Positions 24,636 through 37,650 of a DNA stretch of 64,000 nucleotides are shown in pieces. This DNA comes from Macrostomum lignano (Eukaryota). How positions within the stretch are numbered: position 1 is the first letter of the stretch; each line of letters starts with the position of its first letter. Position numbers and translations under genes: made by a program. The notes under the pieces were generated by a model, which was not told the origin of the DNA, searched no databases, and saw only the letters and a program-made list of their open reading frames with translations. The stretch covers positions 1 through 64,000 of the forward strand of contig NIVC01000806.1 in assembly GCA_002269645.1 (NCBI GenBank). The letters are read 5' to 3'.

Positions 24636-27600
24636 ATGCAGACTCCTTTGCTTCATGCTCAAAATATGGCTTTTATTGGCCGGTGCTTCAATTTGTTGAT
24701 TTGGTTTCTGGTTTCTATCTACGTAATTGTGCCTCTGATCGTCTACTTGTATCCTGGAATCCTTACGAGCGTGGTGTTCTTCAATTTGTGTAAGATTTTT
24801 GTTTGATACCACCATGAGAATCAGTTTGATCCCACCACGAAAATTAGTTTGATCCCATCATGAGAATCAGTTTGATCCCATCATGAGAATCAGTTTGATC
24901 CCACCATGAGAATGAGTTTGATCCCATCATAAAAATTAGTTTGATCCCATCATGAGAATGAGTTTGATCCCATCATGAGTATCAGTTTGATCCCATCATG
25001 AGAATGAGTTTGATACCACCATGAGAATCAGTTTGATCCCATCATGAGAATCAGTTTGATCCCACCATGAAAATTAGTTTGATCCCACCATGAGAATCAG
25101 TTTGATCCCACCATGAAAATTAGTTTGATCCCACCATGAGAATCAGTTTGATCCCATCATGAGAATCAGTTTGATCCCATCATGAGAATCAGTTTGATCC
25201 CATCATGAGAATCAGTTTGATCCCACCATGAGAATCAGTTTGATCCCATCATGAGAATCAGTTTGATCCCATCATGAGAATCAGTTTGATCCCATCATGA
25301 GAATCAGTTTGATCCCACCATGAGAATCAGTTTGATCCCACCATGAAAATTAGTTTGATCCCACCATGAGAATCAGTTTGATCCCATCATGAGAATCAGT
25401 TTGATCCCATCATGAGAATCAGTTTGATCCCATCATGAGAATCAGTTTGATCCCACCATGAAAATTAGTTTGATCCCACCATGAGAATCAGTTTGATCCC
25501 ATCATGAGAATCAGTTTGATCCCATCATGAGAATCAGTTTGATCCCATCATGAGAATCAGTTTGATCCCACCATGAAAATTAGTTTGATCCCACCATGAG
25601 AATCAGTTTGATCCCATCATGAGAATCAGTTTGATCTCATCATGAGAATCAGTTTGATCCCATCATGAGAATGAGTTTGATCCCATCATAAAAATTAGTT
25701 TGATCCCATCATGAGAATGAGTTTGATCCCATCATGAGTATCAGTTTGATCCCATCATGAGAATGAGTTTGATACCACCATGAGAATCAGTTTGATCCCA
25801 TCATGAGAATCAGTTTGATCCCACCATGAAAATTAGTTTGATCCCACCATGAGAATCAGTTTGATCCCACCATGAAAATTAGTTTGATCCCACCATGAGA
25901 ATCAGTTTGATCCCATCATGAGAATCAGTTTGATCCCATCATGAGAATCAGTTTGATCCCATCATGAGAATCAGTTTGATCCCACCATGAAAATTAGTTT
26001 GATCCCACCATGAGAATCAGTTTGATCCCATCATGAGAATCAGTTTGATCCCATCATGAGAATCAGTTTGATCCCATCATGAGAATCAGTTTGATCCCAC
26101 CATGAAAATTAGTTTGATCCCACCATGAGAATCAGTTTGATCCCATCATGAGAATCAGCTTGATCCCACTGTGAGAATCATTTGCGAATCATATTTACCT
26201 TTGACCCGAAGCCTCACTCTACTCCGCTCCTGGCAGACTATTGTCCGCACTTCTCGAGAAACTTCTCAGACTTTGAGCACTACGGACTTTCGCCAAACTC
26301 GACTCGGAATTTCTATTTGGCTAATTCTTTAGGTCACAAACTGGGCGTATGGCAGCTGGAGTCTGAGCCCTGCTCAACTCAGACCGAATTCGAAGCTAAG
26401 CTACTCGACGGCCGGCCAGTGCTGCTCTATTACCATGGCAACGCTTTGAATCGAGGCGGCCACCATATGGTTGACTTGTACAAGCGCCTGCTTAAGGAGA
26501 ATGATGTGCATATTTTGGCTTTGGATTATCGAGGTGTGTAGAGCCATTCAGGATGTGTCTGGCGCTATCTAGAATTTGTGTACCGACAAACTTAAAAACC
26601 AGACATTTAAAAAGAATTTCAAAATAACTAAAACATTTTAGCGGTTTCCCTTCTACCCAATCCAGGTTACGGTGACTCAGAAGGCCTTCTAGAAACTGAG
26701 ATTGACGCAGTGGACGACGCTGAAGTGTTATTTAACTATGTCACAAAATCGGGAGTCAAGCGGCTGTACTTATGGGGCCATTCGTTAGGCACCGGGTGAG
26801 TGAGTGACGATCGATGCCCTTCATATAACACACCAATCCTTCCCCTGATAACACGCCCACCACCTCGAAACACGCCCACCACCCCAAAACATGCCCACCA
26901 CCCCAAAACACGCCCACCACCCCTCAAACACGCCCACCACCTCAAAACACGTCCACCACCCTAAACACGCCCACCACCCCTTAAACACGCTCACCACCAC
27001 CAAACCTGCTCACCTCCCCAATACAAGCCCACCACCCCAAAACACGCCCACCCCTAAAACACGCCCACCCCTAAAACACCCCGACGGCCCCACCTCTAAA
27101 ACACACCAATCACCCCAAAACACGCCCACCACCCCAAAACACGCCTATCACCCGAAAACACGCCAATCACCCCAAAACACGCCCACCACCCCAAAACACG
27201 CCCACCCCTAAAACACGCCGAGGGCCCCAAAACACGCCCACCACCCCAAAACACCCCCACCCCTAAAACACGCCGACGGCCCCAAAACAAGCCTACCACC
27301 CCAAAACACCCCACCCCTAAAACACGCCGACGGCCCCAAAACACGCCTACCAGCCCAAAACACCCCACCCCTAAAACACGCCGACGGCCCCAAAACACGC
27401 CTACCACCCCAAAACACCCCCACCCCTAAAACACACCGACGGCCCCAAAACACGCCCACCACCCGAAAACACGTAAATTACCTCTAAACAGGCTCACCAT
27501 TGCCACCACCTTAAAACAAGCTGCCCCGAAAATCCACTGCTTGTATGTACGTTCTGTACATGTTAGAAAGCGTACAATATGTATAACCTTACAACATAAC

Positions 27601-28009
27601 AATTCTTCAGGCACAACTCTCCTTTCGTCTTCAGTGTCGTGTCCCATCTGGCCAAACGCCTGTCTGACAGTGGCCGCTTAAACCCAATAGCTGGCCTGGT
27701 ACTGGAGTCGCCATTTAATAACATTCGCGACGGTGTGCGTATGCATCATTTCAGCCTAGTAAGTGCCTTTTTGTAACAAAAATTATGAACAAGAATTTCG
27801 TATGTACGACAGTACACACCCAGATGATCGAGGATAGTAGCTATCCCCAAGACGGGTCTACGAAGTTTGCTACGACGTTTGCCAGCCGACGTTTGCCAGC
27901 CGGACATTTGCAGGCGGCAATTGGTTAAAGAAGTATGCCCTCTCTAGGCTTACATGTATTTGCATTTAAAAACTGTGGACATAGCACTAATCTAATTCCA
28001 CCTCGCTCC

Positions 28010-28065
<56 letters not shown>

Positions 28066-28190
28066 GCTACTGCTGCTACTACTACTACTACTACTACTGC
28101 TACTACTACTACTAATACTGCTACTACTACTACTACTACTGCTACTACTACTACTAATACTGCTACTACTACTACTACTACTGCTACTAC

Positions 28191-28268
<78 letters not shown>

Positions 28269-31082
28269 AGGTTATTAACAAACTACTGTTCAGGCTTATT
28301 GAAGTTATTGCTCTTGTCTGCCTAAATAGATAGGTAAAACTACAAAATAGAAGTTTCCATTGTCACAGTTGATGTCTATGAATGCCATGGAATGGCCCTT
28401 TCCATCTCAGTGGCCAAACAAGCTAAGTGTTTACAAGCTAAATGGGAAAAGACTGAGACATCCATAATGGTATTGGCTTAGTCTCGCCTATATATACTTA
28501 ACTCAAAAGCCAAACTCTGCTTAACGGAGTTAAGCCATGACAGCGTGCACTTGACAAGCTACATTGGAATTAATTCGCTTACGTTTGGATCTCCCAATGA
28601 ACTGGGAAATATATAAGCCAGAATTATCGTTCAACTTTATAATATTTTCACATTCAAAGAAATTGTTGTTAAACTGGATGCTAGATTGATGAACTGCATA
28701 ATTTGTGTAGCTTTTGTTTTCGAACTTTGATACATGCGAATAATCGTCAAAAAGTTGGACTAAAAAACCGCTAAACTGCGAATATTTCAGTATCAAATTT
28801 TTCACTCACTGACTTAATGTTGGCTGGCAAACGTCGGCAGGCAAACGTCGCTATCCCCCCAAGACGTCAGGATCACGAACATGTGGGCGACCTATCCTAG
28901 GCTGTCCTTCCATCTTGAAGCTAGTAGTATTCATGGATAAATTCGCTGAGATTCAGTAGATAGATTCAGTGAGATTCAGTAGATAGATTCACTGAGATTC
29001 AGTAGACAGATTCACTGAGATTCAGTAGATAGATTCACTGAGATTCAGTAGATAGATTCACTGAGATTCAGTAGATACGAGCGTAGATTCAGTGAGATTC
29101 AGTAGATAGATTCACTGAGATTCAGTAGATAGATTCACTGAGATTCAGTAGATAGATTCACTGAGATTCAGTAGATAGATTCAGTGAGATTCAGTAGATA
29201 GATTCACTGAGATTCAGTAGATAAATTCAGTGAGATTCAGATAGATAGATTCTCTGAGATTCAGATAGATAGATTCAGTGAGATTCAGATAGATAGATTC
29301 ACTGAGATTCAGTAGATAGATTCAGGGAGGTTCAGTGAGATCCTTGAGATTTACTGACGTTCAGTGAGATTCAATGAGAGTTAGTGAGATTCTGTGGGGC
29401 TCAGTGAGATTCAGTGGGGCTGAGTGAGATTCAGTGGGGCTGAGTGAGATTCAGTGAGATTCTGTGGGGCTCAGTGAGATTCAGTGGGGCTGAGTGAGAT
29501 TCAGTGAAATTCTGTGGGGCTCAGTGAGATTCAGTGGGGCTGAGTGAGATTCAGTGAGATTCAGTGGGGCTGAGTGAGATTCAGTGGGGCTGAGTGAGAT
29601 TCAGTGGGGCTGAGTGAGATTCTGTGGGGCTGAGTGAGATTCAGTGAAATTCTGTGGGGCTCAGTGAGATTCAGTGGGGCTGAGTGAGATTCAGTGAGAT
29701 TCAGTGGGGCTGAGTGAGATTCAGTGAGATTCAGTGGGGCTGAGTGAGATTCAGTGAGATTCAGTGGGGCTGAGTGAGATTCAGTGGGGCTGAGTGAGAT
29801 TCAGTGGGGCTGAGTGAGATTCTGTGGGGCTGAGTGAGATTCTGTGGGGCTCAGTGAGATTCTGTGGGGCTGAGTGAGATTCAGTGGGGCTCAGTGAGAT
29901 TCAGTGGGGCTGAGTGAGATTCAGTGAGGCTCAGTGAGATTCAGTGGGGCTAAGTGAGATTCAGTGAGATTCAGTAGAATCTGTCATACGGCCAATTGCT
30001 AGGCTGTCCTTCCGTGCGGCTTCAATTTAGTCGCACGCAGAAGTGATATTAATTAAGCTAATTAGTCAAATTCCCTCACCTCCTTGCTAAAGACTGAGAG
30101 ACAGAGCGAGTATACAGGGGCAACGAAACCTTCGCGATTTAATATAAAAGAAAAAACGAAGCTACGGTTGTCTAATTGCATGTAGGTCTGTTAATTAAAG
30201 CCTCTAAAACTGACTGACTGACTTCTTTTACTTTGCTAATTGTAACGAGCATTGCTTTCGAGTTGCATAACGGATTTAAAAAATTAAAGAGGAGAAAAAA
30301 AGAGAGTAGACATCTAAGAGCATCATTTTTATTTAGTATATAAGACTGCAGGTCTGAGTCATAAGTTTTCGATCTTATAATGCTGTCTAGGGCCGTAGCT
30401 CAGCGGTCTAGCGTAGCGCTCTGATGTGCCAGCGGCCCAGGCTCGATTCCTAATTCTGCAGTCAAATTCATTTGGGGCTAAATTGGAATCTCGGCTTGGC
30501 TCTGCTCGTGCAATTAACGCCCTTGAGGCCCAACCATTAAGGCACAGTGAAGTGTACATGCCTAACGATAATATAAAGTTAGGGCCGCTGTACACTCCTG
30601 TGCGAGTGTGTGCCTGTGCGTATGACTGCGTACGTATCCGCGTGCTTGTATGCCTGCTCAGGGGAGTCGGCGTTTGTGTAACAATATTGCACAGGATGCT
30701 CATAGCCTCTTGCTTCGAATTAAATAAAGGCCTTCCTACCTCTCCTTGGCAGCCCTACCGTCTGCTGCCCTACTTCGAGCCCGTATTTGTAGACGGAGTC
30801 GGCAAATGCGGCATCCGATTCGATTCGGATCGGAATCTGGCCAGGTTGAGCAGCCCGGTGCCCGTGCTGATCATTCACGCCCAGGACGATCGGGTGGTGC
30901 CCATAGAGCTGGGCAGACAGCTCAGAGACTATCTGAACACGGCACGGGGTGGCGCCGATATTAGCGCCGTTCGTTTCTTAGAATTGCCGGCCAACAAAGG
31001 CTACAAGCACACCAGGGCGGTGGATGCGCCAGAGGTTTACGTTGAATTTCAGCGTCTAATTGAAACCACTCGAGGTTTATAG
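24636..31082 (+). CDS. ABHD12: ABHD12-like alpha/beta-hydrolase (lysophosphatidylserine/monoacylglycerol lipase family), 5 exons
   Basis: Exons 24636-24789, 26237-26533, 26666-26795, 27635-27758 and 30753-31082, all phase-compatible. N-terminal TM helix, LYYHGNA, DYRG|YGDS, nucleophile WGHSLGTG, LESPF, IIHAQDDRVVP and GYKH. The start codon could be 24636 or 24666. Confidence 0.92.
24803..26175. repeat. 23-bp tandem repeat in ABHD12 intron 1
   Basis: (ATGAGAATCAGTTTGATCCCATC)n. Confidence 0.95.
26850..27470. repeat. ~19-bp C/A-rich degenerate tandem repeat in ABHD12 intron 3
   Basis: (AAAACACGCCCACCACCCC)n-like. Confidence 0.9.
28010..28268. repeat. (CTA)n microsatellite
   Basis: Direct reading; gives spurious poly-Leu and poly-Ser ORFs. 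Confidence 0.97.
28945..29975. repeat. Two adjacent related arrays (23-bp then 20-bp units) in ABHD12 intron 4
   Basis: (GATTCACTGAGATTCAGTAGATA)n to ~29330, then (GAGATTCAGTGGGGCTGAGT)n. Confidence 0.93.
30390..30690 (+). mobile_element. tRNA-headed SINE-like element (family B)
   Basis: The head GGGCCGTAGCTCAGCGGTCTAG...GGCTCGATTCC has A/B boxes. The 3' body (GCTCGTGCAATTAACG...TGCGTATGACTGCGTACG...GCCTGCTCAGGGGAGTCGGCG) recurs inverted at ~49045-49185. Confidence 0.6.
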
Positions 31083-31734
31083 ATTATTTATTAGTGCAAG
31101 TCGTTACTAATAGTAGTTTTATGAGATTGAAAATTTCTATTTTTATACGGCTCAAAAATAGGATGGATTATTAATTACTGGTTTTGAAATTTATTGTTTT
31201 TACGATTTATAAGAAAGATTTGTAAGTTCCTATAATGCTGTCTAGGGCCGTAGCTCAGCGGTACATAGCTACCGATATGTAGTGTAAATCTCTTTATTAA
31301 ATAGCGATTTTTAATAGTATGCTGTTATAAAAATTTTAGAACAAACGGAGAATAAAGAGAATTTTCAGTGATAGTGGAATTGTAATTCACTCAGAATAGA
31401 TTGGTGCTATCTGCCGATATGTATCGTAGGACACTTTGTTCGGGCGTATACGGATTTTTTTTCAAATTTCGTTTCTCAGAAATTTTCGAGCTAAATAATT
31501 AATTTTCTCGCGTGAAAATGTTTTTTATTTGCAAATAGGTATTCCGTTTCTATGCTTTGTGCTTAATTTCTCAAAACTAGTGATATGTCAAGCAGTGCAT
31601 AACTATTAGTTATTAATTAATCTAATTTCTTCTTTCACGATTTTTTAAGGATTTTACGTTTTGTCAACTCAATGTTTAATTCCTAATTTATGGTTAAAAG
31701 CTAAAAAGTAGTAAGCTTAAGCGTTGAAGTTAAA

Positions 31735-32110
31735 GCGGATATAACCAGAAGGATCTAGAATACAACACGGATGTAACCCGAAAGATCTAGAATACAACAC
31801 GGATATAACCCAAAGGGTCTAGAATATAACACGGATATAACCCAAAGGGTCTAGAATATAACACGGATGTAACCCAAAGGGTCTAGAATATAACACGGAT
31901 ATAACCCAAAGGGTCTAGAATATAACACGGATATAACCCAAAGGGTCTAGAATATAACACGGATATAATCCAAAGGGTCTAGAATATAACACGGATATAA
32001 CCCAAAGGGTCTAGAATATAACACGGATATAACCCAAAGGGTCTAGAATATAACACGGATATAACCCATAGATCTAGAATATAACATGGATATAACCCAA
32101 AGATCTAGAA
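31735..32110. repeat. 32-bp tandem repeat between ABHD12 and FUCA
   Basis: (GGATATAACCCAAAGGGTCTAGAATATAACAC)n. Confidence 0.95.
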
Positions 32111-32518
32111 TAGGTTTTAATCTCCTTACTTTAGCTTGCCTTGCAAAAGTTCTATAATAGTAGTCATCTATATAACGGTATAGTAGTCATATAATTGTTT
32201 ACATTCGATGTTACACCCGTTATATAAGCTATACTGTAGTTGATTTTTGTCACAAAATGCATTGCGCTGTTACATGTACTATGATTTCCTATTTACTAGA
32301 TTTTTATATTGCTACAAATACTTTAATTGTTAGCGTTTTATTATCTAATTAGCAAATAAACTTCTAGCAGATTCAATATACTTTAAGCCATAATAGTTTA
32401 AATTTAATTTCGTCAATTTTTCGTGAAATCAATAAAGTCAAAAATTATAGATCGTGCATAATATTATACCTACTATACTTATGATAATATTTCAGCTTCT
32501 CTCGTAAAAAATCCTGAA

Positions 32519-35500
32519 ATGCGCTTAACAAAGCTACTAACAGTAGCATCATTTGCATTCTGTCTGGCCTCGCTCTGCCAGTGCCGCTACACGCCCGATT
32601 GGGCCTCGTTGGATTCGCGCCCTCTGCCCGCCTGGTACGACCAGAGTAAAATTGGCATCTTTATCCACTGGGGCGTGTTCTCGGTGCCCTCCTACCACAG
32701 CGAGTGGTTCTGGTGGGACTGGCAGGGCACGGACAAACAGAAGGACGTGGTGAACTTTATGAAACAGAATTATCCTCCCGGTTTCACCTACGCCGATTTT
32801 GCGCCAAAGTTTAAGGCGACATTTTTTAATCCGGACCAATGGGCGGAGCTTTTCGACTCGGCTGGTGCAAAGTACGTCGTGTTCACTAGCAAGCATCACG
32901 AGGGCTATTGCAACTGGGATACTGCTTATAGTTTCAATTGGAACTCGGTACGTTTCAAGGTCGATTTTGTTGTATTTTAAGAAGGCCTAATTTTTCTGTC
33001 TTTTAAAGGCCGAATTTCGTATCTTCAATGCCGATTTTCCAGCGTTTTGAAGGCCGATATTTGCTGGGTTTTGAAGGCCGATTGTTGCAGGGTTTTGAAG
33101 GCCGATATTCGCAGGGTTTTGAAGGCCGATTGTTGCAAGGTTTTGAAGGCCGATATTCGCAGGGTTTTGAAGGCCGATTGTTGCAAGGTTTTGAAGGCCG
33201 ATATTCGCAGGGTTTTGAAGGCCGATTGTTGCAGGGTTTTGAAGGCCGATATTCGCTGGGTTTTGAAGGCCGATTGTTGCAAGGTTTTGAAGGCCGATAT
33301 TCGCAGGGTTTTGAAGGCCGATTGTTGCAGGGTTTTCAAGGCCGATTGTTCCAGGGTTTTGAAGTCCGATTGTTGCAGGGTTTTGAAGGCCATTTATTGC
33401 AGGTTTTTGAAGGCCGATAGTTGCAGGTTTTTGAAGGCCGATTGTTTCAGGGTTTTGAAGGCCGATCGTTCCAGGGTTTTGAAGGCCGATATTCGCAGGG
33501 TTTTGAAGGCCGATATTCGCAGGGTTTTGAAGGCCGATTGTTGCAGGGTTTTGAAGACCGATTGTTGCAGGGTTTTGAAGACCGATTGTTGCAGGTTTTT
33601 GAAGGCCGATATTCGCGGGGTTTTGAAGGCCGATTGTTGCAGGGTTTTGAAGGCTGATTGTTGCAGGGCTTTGAAGGCCGATTGTTGCAGGGTTTTCAAG
33701 GCCGATTGTTCCAGGGTTTTGAAGGCCGATTGTTGCAGGGTTTTGAAGGCCGTTTATTGCAGGTTTTTGAAGGCCGATAGTTGCAGGTTTTTGAAGGCCG
33801 ATTGTTCTAGGGTTTTGAAGGCCGATTGTTCCAGGGTTTTGAAGGCCGATCGTTCCAGGGTTTTGAAGGCCGATTGTTGCAGGGTTTTGAAGGCCGATTG
33901 TTGCAGGGTTTTGAAGGCCGATTGTTGCAGGGTTTTGAAGGCCGATTGTTGCAGGGTTTTGAAGGCCGATATTCGCGGGGTTTTGAAGGCCGATTGTTGC
34001 TGGGTTTTGAAGGCCTATTGTTGCAGGGTTTTCAAGGCCGATTGTTGCAGGGTTTTCAAGGCCGATTGTTGCAGGGTTTTGAAGACCGATTGTTGCAGGG
34101 TTTTGAAGACCGATTGTTGCAGGGTTTTGAAGACCGATTGTTGCAGGGTTTTGAAGACCGATTGTTGCAAGGTTTTGTAGGCCGATCTTTGCGACCTTTT
34201 CAAAGCCAATTCTCGCTGCATTTTAAACATTGTTTTTTGTTTTACTCCAAGGGACAACTTTTGAGCTATTGACCTCCTAGAGACAATTTTACATCCTTTG
34301 GAAGAGAAATTCTTTTAGTTAGAAGAATGTGTTTGTTACATTTTTAACAAGTTGTTTATAGTTAATCGACCCCTGGTCCGATTCCGTGCGTTACAATATT
34401 GTCAAACCTATTTTATTGTCAAAATTATCAAATTGGCGCGCTTGTACATGCTCAGTCAGCGGAATGGCATATCAAAATCAGGCTCCGATGTGAACTCATA
34501 TTTTCAATGCTTAAAACCTGGATTCGCAGAAGCAAGTCGGCCCCAACCGCGACCTCGTTGCTGATTTGGCGGCCGCGATCCGGAAGCGTCCCGGCCTTCG
34601 GTTCGGCCTCTACCATTCCCTGTACGAATGGTTCAACCCGCTGTACCAGAATGACCAGCGCTCCCAGTTCAAGACCAGAGATTTTGTCCTGTCTAAAACC
34701 ATGCCGGAGCTGTACGAGTTGGTTAATCGCTTCAAACCTGATGTCGTATGGAGCGATGGAGACTGGGACGCCCCGGCGGAGTATTGGAATTCCACCGGGT
34801 TCTTAGCCTGGCTTTATAACGACAGTCCAGTCAATGATAGCGTAGTTACTAACGATCGTTGGGGCAAAGGTGTCATGTGCAATCACGGCGGTTATTACAC
34901 CTGTCAGGACCGGTACAATCCGGGCATTTTGCAGCCTCATAAATGGGAGAATTGCATGACTCTGGATAAGCAGAGCTGGGGCTATCGGCGGGATGCCCGG
35001 CTGGCCGACTATCTGACGCCTCAGGAGCTGCTGAGTGAGTAGGCCTGATTGTAATTGATCATTTTAGTGCCCTGATTTGACGTCGGTATATTGACTCTTG
35101 ATTTCTTGCTCTTTGAAGTCACGTGACTTAGTTTACTTTAGTTGGGTCTAACGTAACCTGCTCCGTTGACTTTGGTGTCACGTGACTGCATTCTCCATAG
35201 TTTTTTATAGTTGTTTGTCACGTGACCTCATAGATTGCTGTAGTTGTGTGTGGCACGTGACCTCATAGATTGCTGTAGTTGTGTGTGGCACGTGACCTCA
35301 TAAATTGCTGTAGTTGTGTGTGTCACGTGACCTCATAGATTGCTGTAGTTGTGTGTGTCACGTGACCTCATAGATTGCTGTAGTTGTGTGTGTCACGTGA
35401 CCTCATGGATTGCTGTAGTTGTGTGTGTCACGTGACCTCATAGATTGCTGTAGTTGTGTGTGTCACGTGACCTCATGGATTGCTGTAGTTGTGTGTGTCA

Positions 35501-37094
35501 CGTGACCTCATAGATTGCTGTAGTTGTGTGTGTCACGTGACCTCATGGATTGCTGTAGTTGTGTGCGTCACGTGACCTCATAGATTGCTGTAGTTGTGTG
35601 TGTCACGTGACCTCATAGATTGCTGTAGTTGTGTGTGTCACGTGACCTCATGGATTGCTGTAGTTGTGTGTGTCACGTGACCTCATAGATTGCTGTAGTT
35701 GTGTGTGTCACGTGACCTCATGGATTGCTGTAGTTGTGTGCGTCACGTGACCTCATAGATTGCTGTAGTTGTGTGTGTCACGTGACCTCATGGATTTCTG
35801 TAGTTGTGTGTGTCACGTGACTTCATAGATTGCTGTAGTTGTGTGTGTCACGTGACCTCATGGATTGCTGTAGTTGTGTGTGTCACGTGACCTCATGGAT
35901 TGCTGTAGTTGTATGCGTCACGTGACCTCATAGATTGCTGTAGTTGTGTGTGTCACGTGACCTCATGGATTGCTGTAGTTGTGTGTGTCACGTGACCTCA
36001 TAGATTGCTGTAGTTGTGTGTGTCACGTGACCTCATGGATTGCTGTAGTTGTGTGTGTCACGTGACCTCATGGATTGCTGTAGTTGTGTGTGTCACGTGA
36101 CCTCATAGATTGCTGTAGTTGTGTGTGTCACGTGACCTCATGGATTGCTGTAGTTGTGTGCGTCACGTGACCTCATAGATTGCTGTAGTTGTGTGTGTCA
36201 CGTGACCTCATGGATTTCTGTAGTTGTGTGTCACGTGACTTCATAGATTGCTGTAGTTGTGTGTGTCACGTGACCTCATGGATTGCTGTAGTTGTGTGTG
36301 TTACGTGACCTCATGGATTGCTGTAGTTGTATGCGTCACGTGACCTCATAGATTGCTGTAGTTGTGTGTGTCACGTGACCTCATGGATTGCTGTAGTTGT
36401 GTGTGTCACGTGACCTCATAGATTGCTGTAGTTGTGTGTGTCACGTGACCTCATGGATTGCTGTAGTTGTGTGTGTCACGTGACCTCATGGATTGCTGTA
36501 GTTGTGTGTGTCACTTGACCTCATGGATTGCTGTAGTTGTGTGTGTCACGTGACCTCATGGATTGCTGTAGTTGTGTGTGTCACTACTAGATGTTCTCTC
36601 CCCCCACAGGCACCCTAGCAACCACAATCAGCTGCGGCGGCAACCTGCTAGTTAACGTCGGTCCAACAGCCGACGGCACAATCGACCCGGTGATGGAGGA
36701 GCGGCTCAGGCAACTGGGCAGCTGGCTCAGAACCAACGGCGAAGCGGTGTACAACTCGACACCCTGGAGTAGGCAGAATGACACCGCCACCAGCGGAGTG
36801 TGGTACACACAGCGGGCCGGCTCTGTGTACGCCTTCTTGCTGACCTGGCCGGCTAACGATCGGCTGTTGCTAGGCTCCGTTGCCATGGCAACCAATGTCA
36901 CCCTTTTGGGTCATCCGAAGCGACCGGCATTTTCAGCTACGCCGAAGGGTTTGTCGGTGGCTCTGCCAAGTCTGGATGGCACAGGGCTGCGCTGGGCTTG
37001 GGTGCTGCGGCTCGACGGAGTGAAGCCTCCAAAGTCAGCGGAGCGGCCGCGCATCTTCGAGCCGATGCCGAATAGAGAGTTCGATCGGCTGTAG
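32519..37094 (+). CDS. FUCA1: Alpha-L-fucosidase (GH29), 3 exons, with signal peptide
   Basis: Exons 32519-32947, 34530-35034 and 36610-37094. Motifs [41 protein letters not shown], catalytic VWSDGDW, TNDRWG, HKWENC and [10 protein letters not shown]. Confidence 0.97.
33040..34185. repeat. 24-bp tandem repeat in FUCA intron 1
   Basis: (AGGCCGATTGTTGCAGGGTTTTGA)n. Confidence 0.95.
35217..36585. repeat. 35-bp tandem repeat in FUCA intron 2; most units carry GTCACGTGAC
   Basis: (GTCACGTGACCTCATAGATTGCTGTAGTTGTGTGT)n, about 39 units. Confidence 0.96.
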
Positions 37095-37189
37095 ATTGGG
37101 AAGCAGAGTTGGGGACTGTTGGTGACTCTTTTTATATACTGTGCGATTGCCATTGTCACTCTTGCAATACGGTTTTCACTCCAGGTCTG

Positions 37190-37650
37190 TCACTCTGATA
37201 TTGTCACTGCGATTGTCACTCTAAGATTGTCACTCTGAGATTTTCACTCTGAAATTGTCACTCTGAGATTGTCACGCTAAGTTTGTCACTCTGAGATTGT
37301 CACTCTGAGATTGTCACTCTAAGCTTGTCACTCTAAGCTTGTCACTCTGAGATTGTCACGCTAAGTTTGTCACTATGAGATTGTCACTCTAAGATTGTCA
37401 CTCTAAGCTTGTCACTCTGAGATTGTCACTAAGATTTTCACTCTAAGATTGTCACTCTAAGCTTGTCACTCTGAGATTGTCACTAAGATTTTCACTCTAA
37501 GATTGTCACTCTAAAATTATCACTCTGAGATTGTCACTCTAAGCTTGTCACTCTGAGATTGTCACGCTAAGTTTGTCACTCTGATATTGTCACTAATTTT
37601 GTCACTCTGAGATTGTCAGTAAGATTGTCACTCTGAGATTGTCACTCTGG
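37190..37650. repeat. 14-bp tandem repeat downstream of FUCA
   Basis: (ATTGTCACTCTGAG)n. Confidence 0.92.

Noticed and set aside
27925-28333. Poly-Ser and poly-Leu ORFs
   Set aside because: (CTA)n microsatellite in an intron.
33047-34180. 377-aa Cys-rich repetitive ORF
   Set aside because: It is the translation of a 24-bp satellite lying wholly within FUCA intron 1, whose flanking exons splice in frame.
21143-36585. CRISPR-like arrays (23-35-bp units)
   Set aside because: Units are head-to-tail with no unique spacers, there are no cas genes, and the context is spliced eukaryotic genes.
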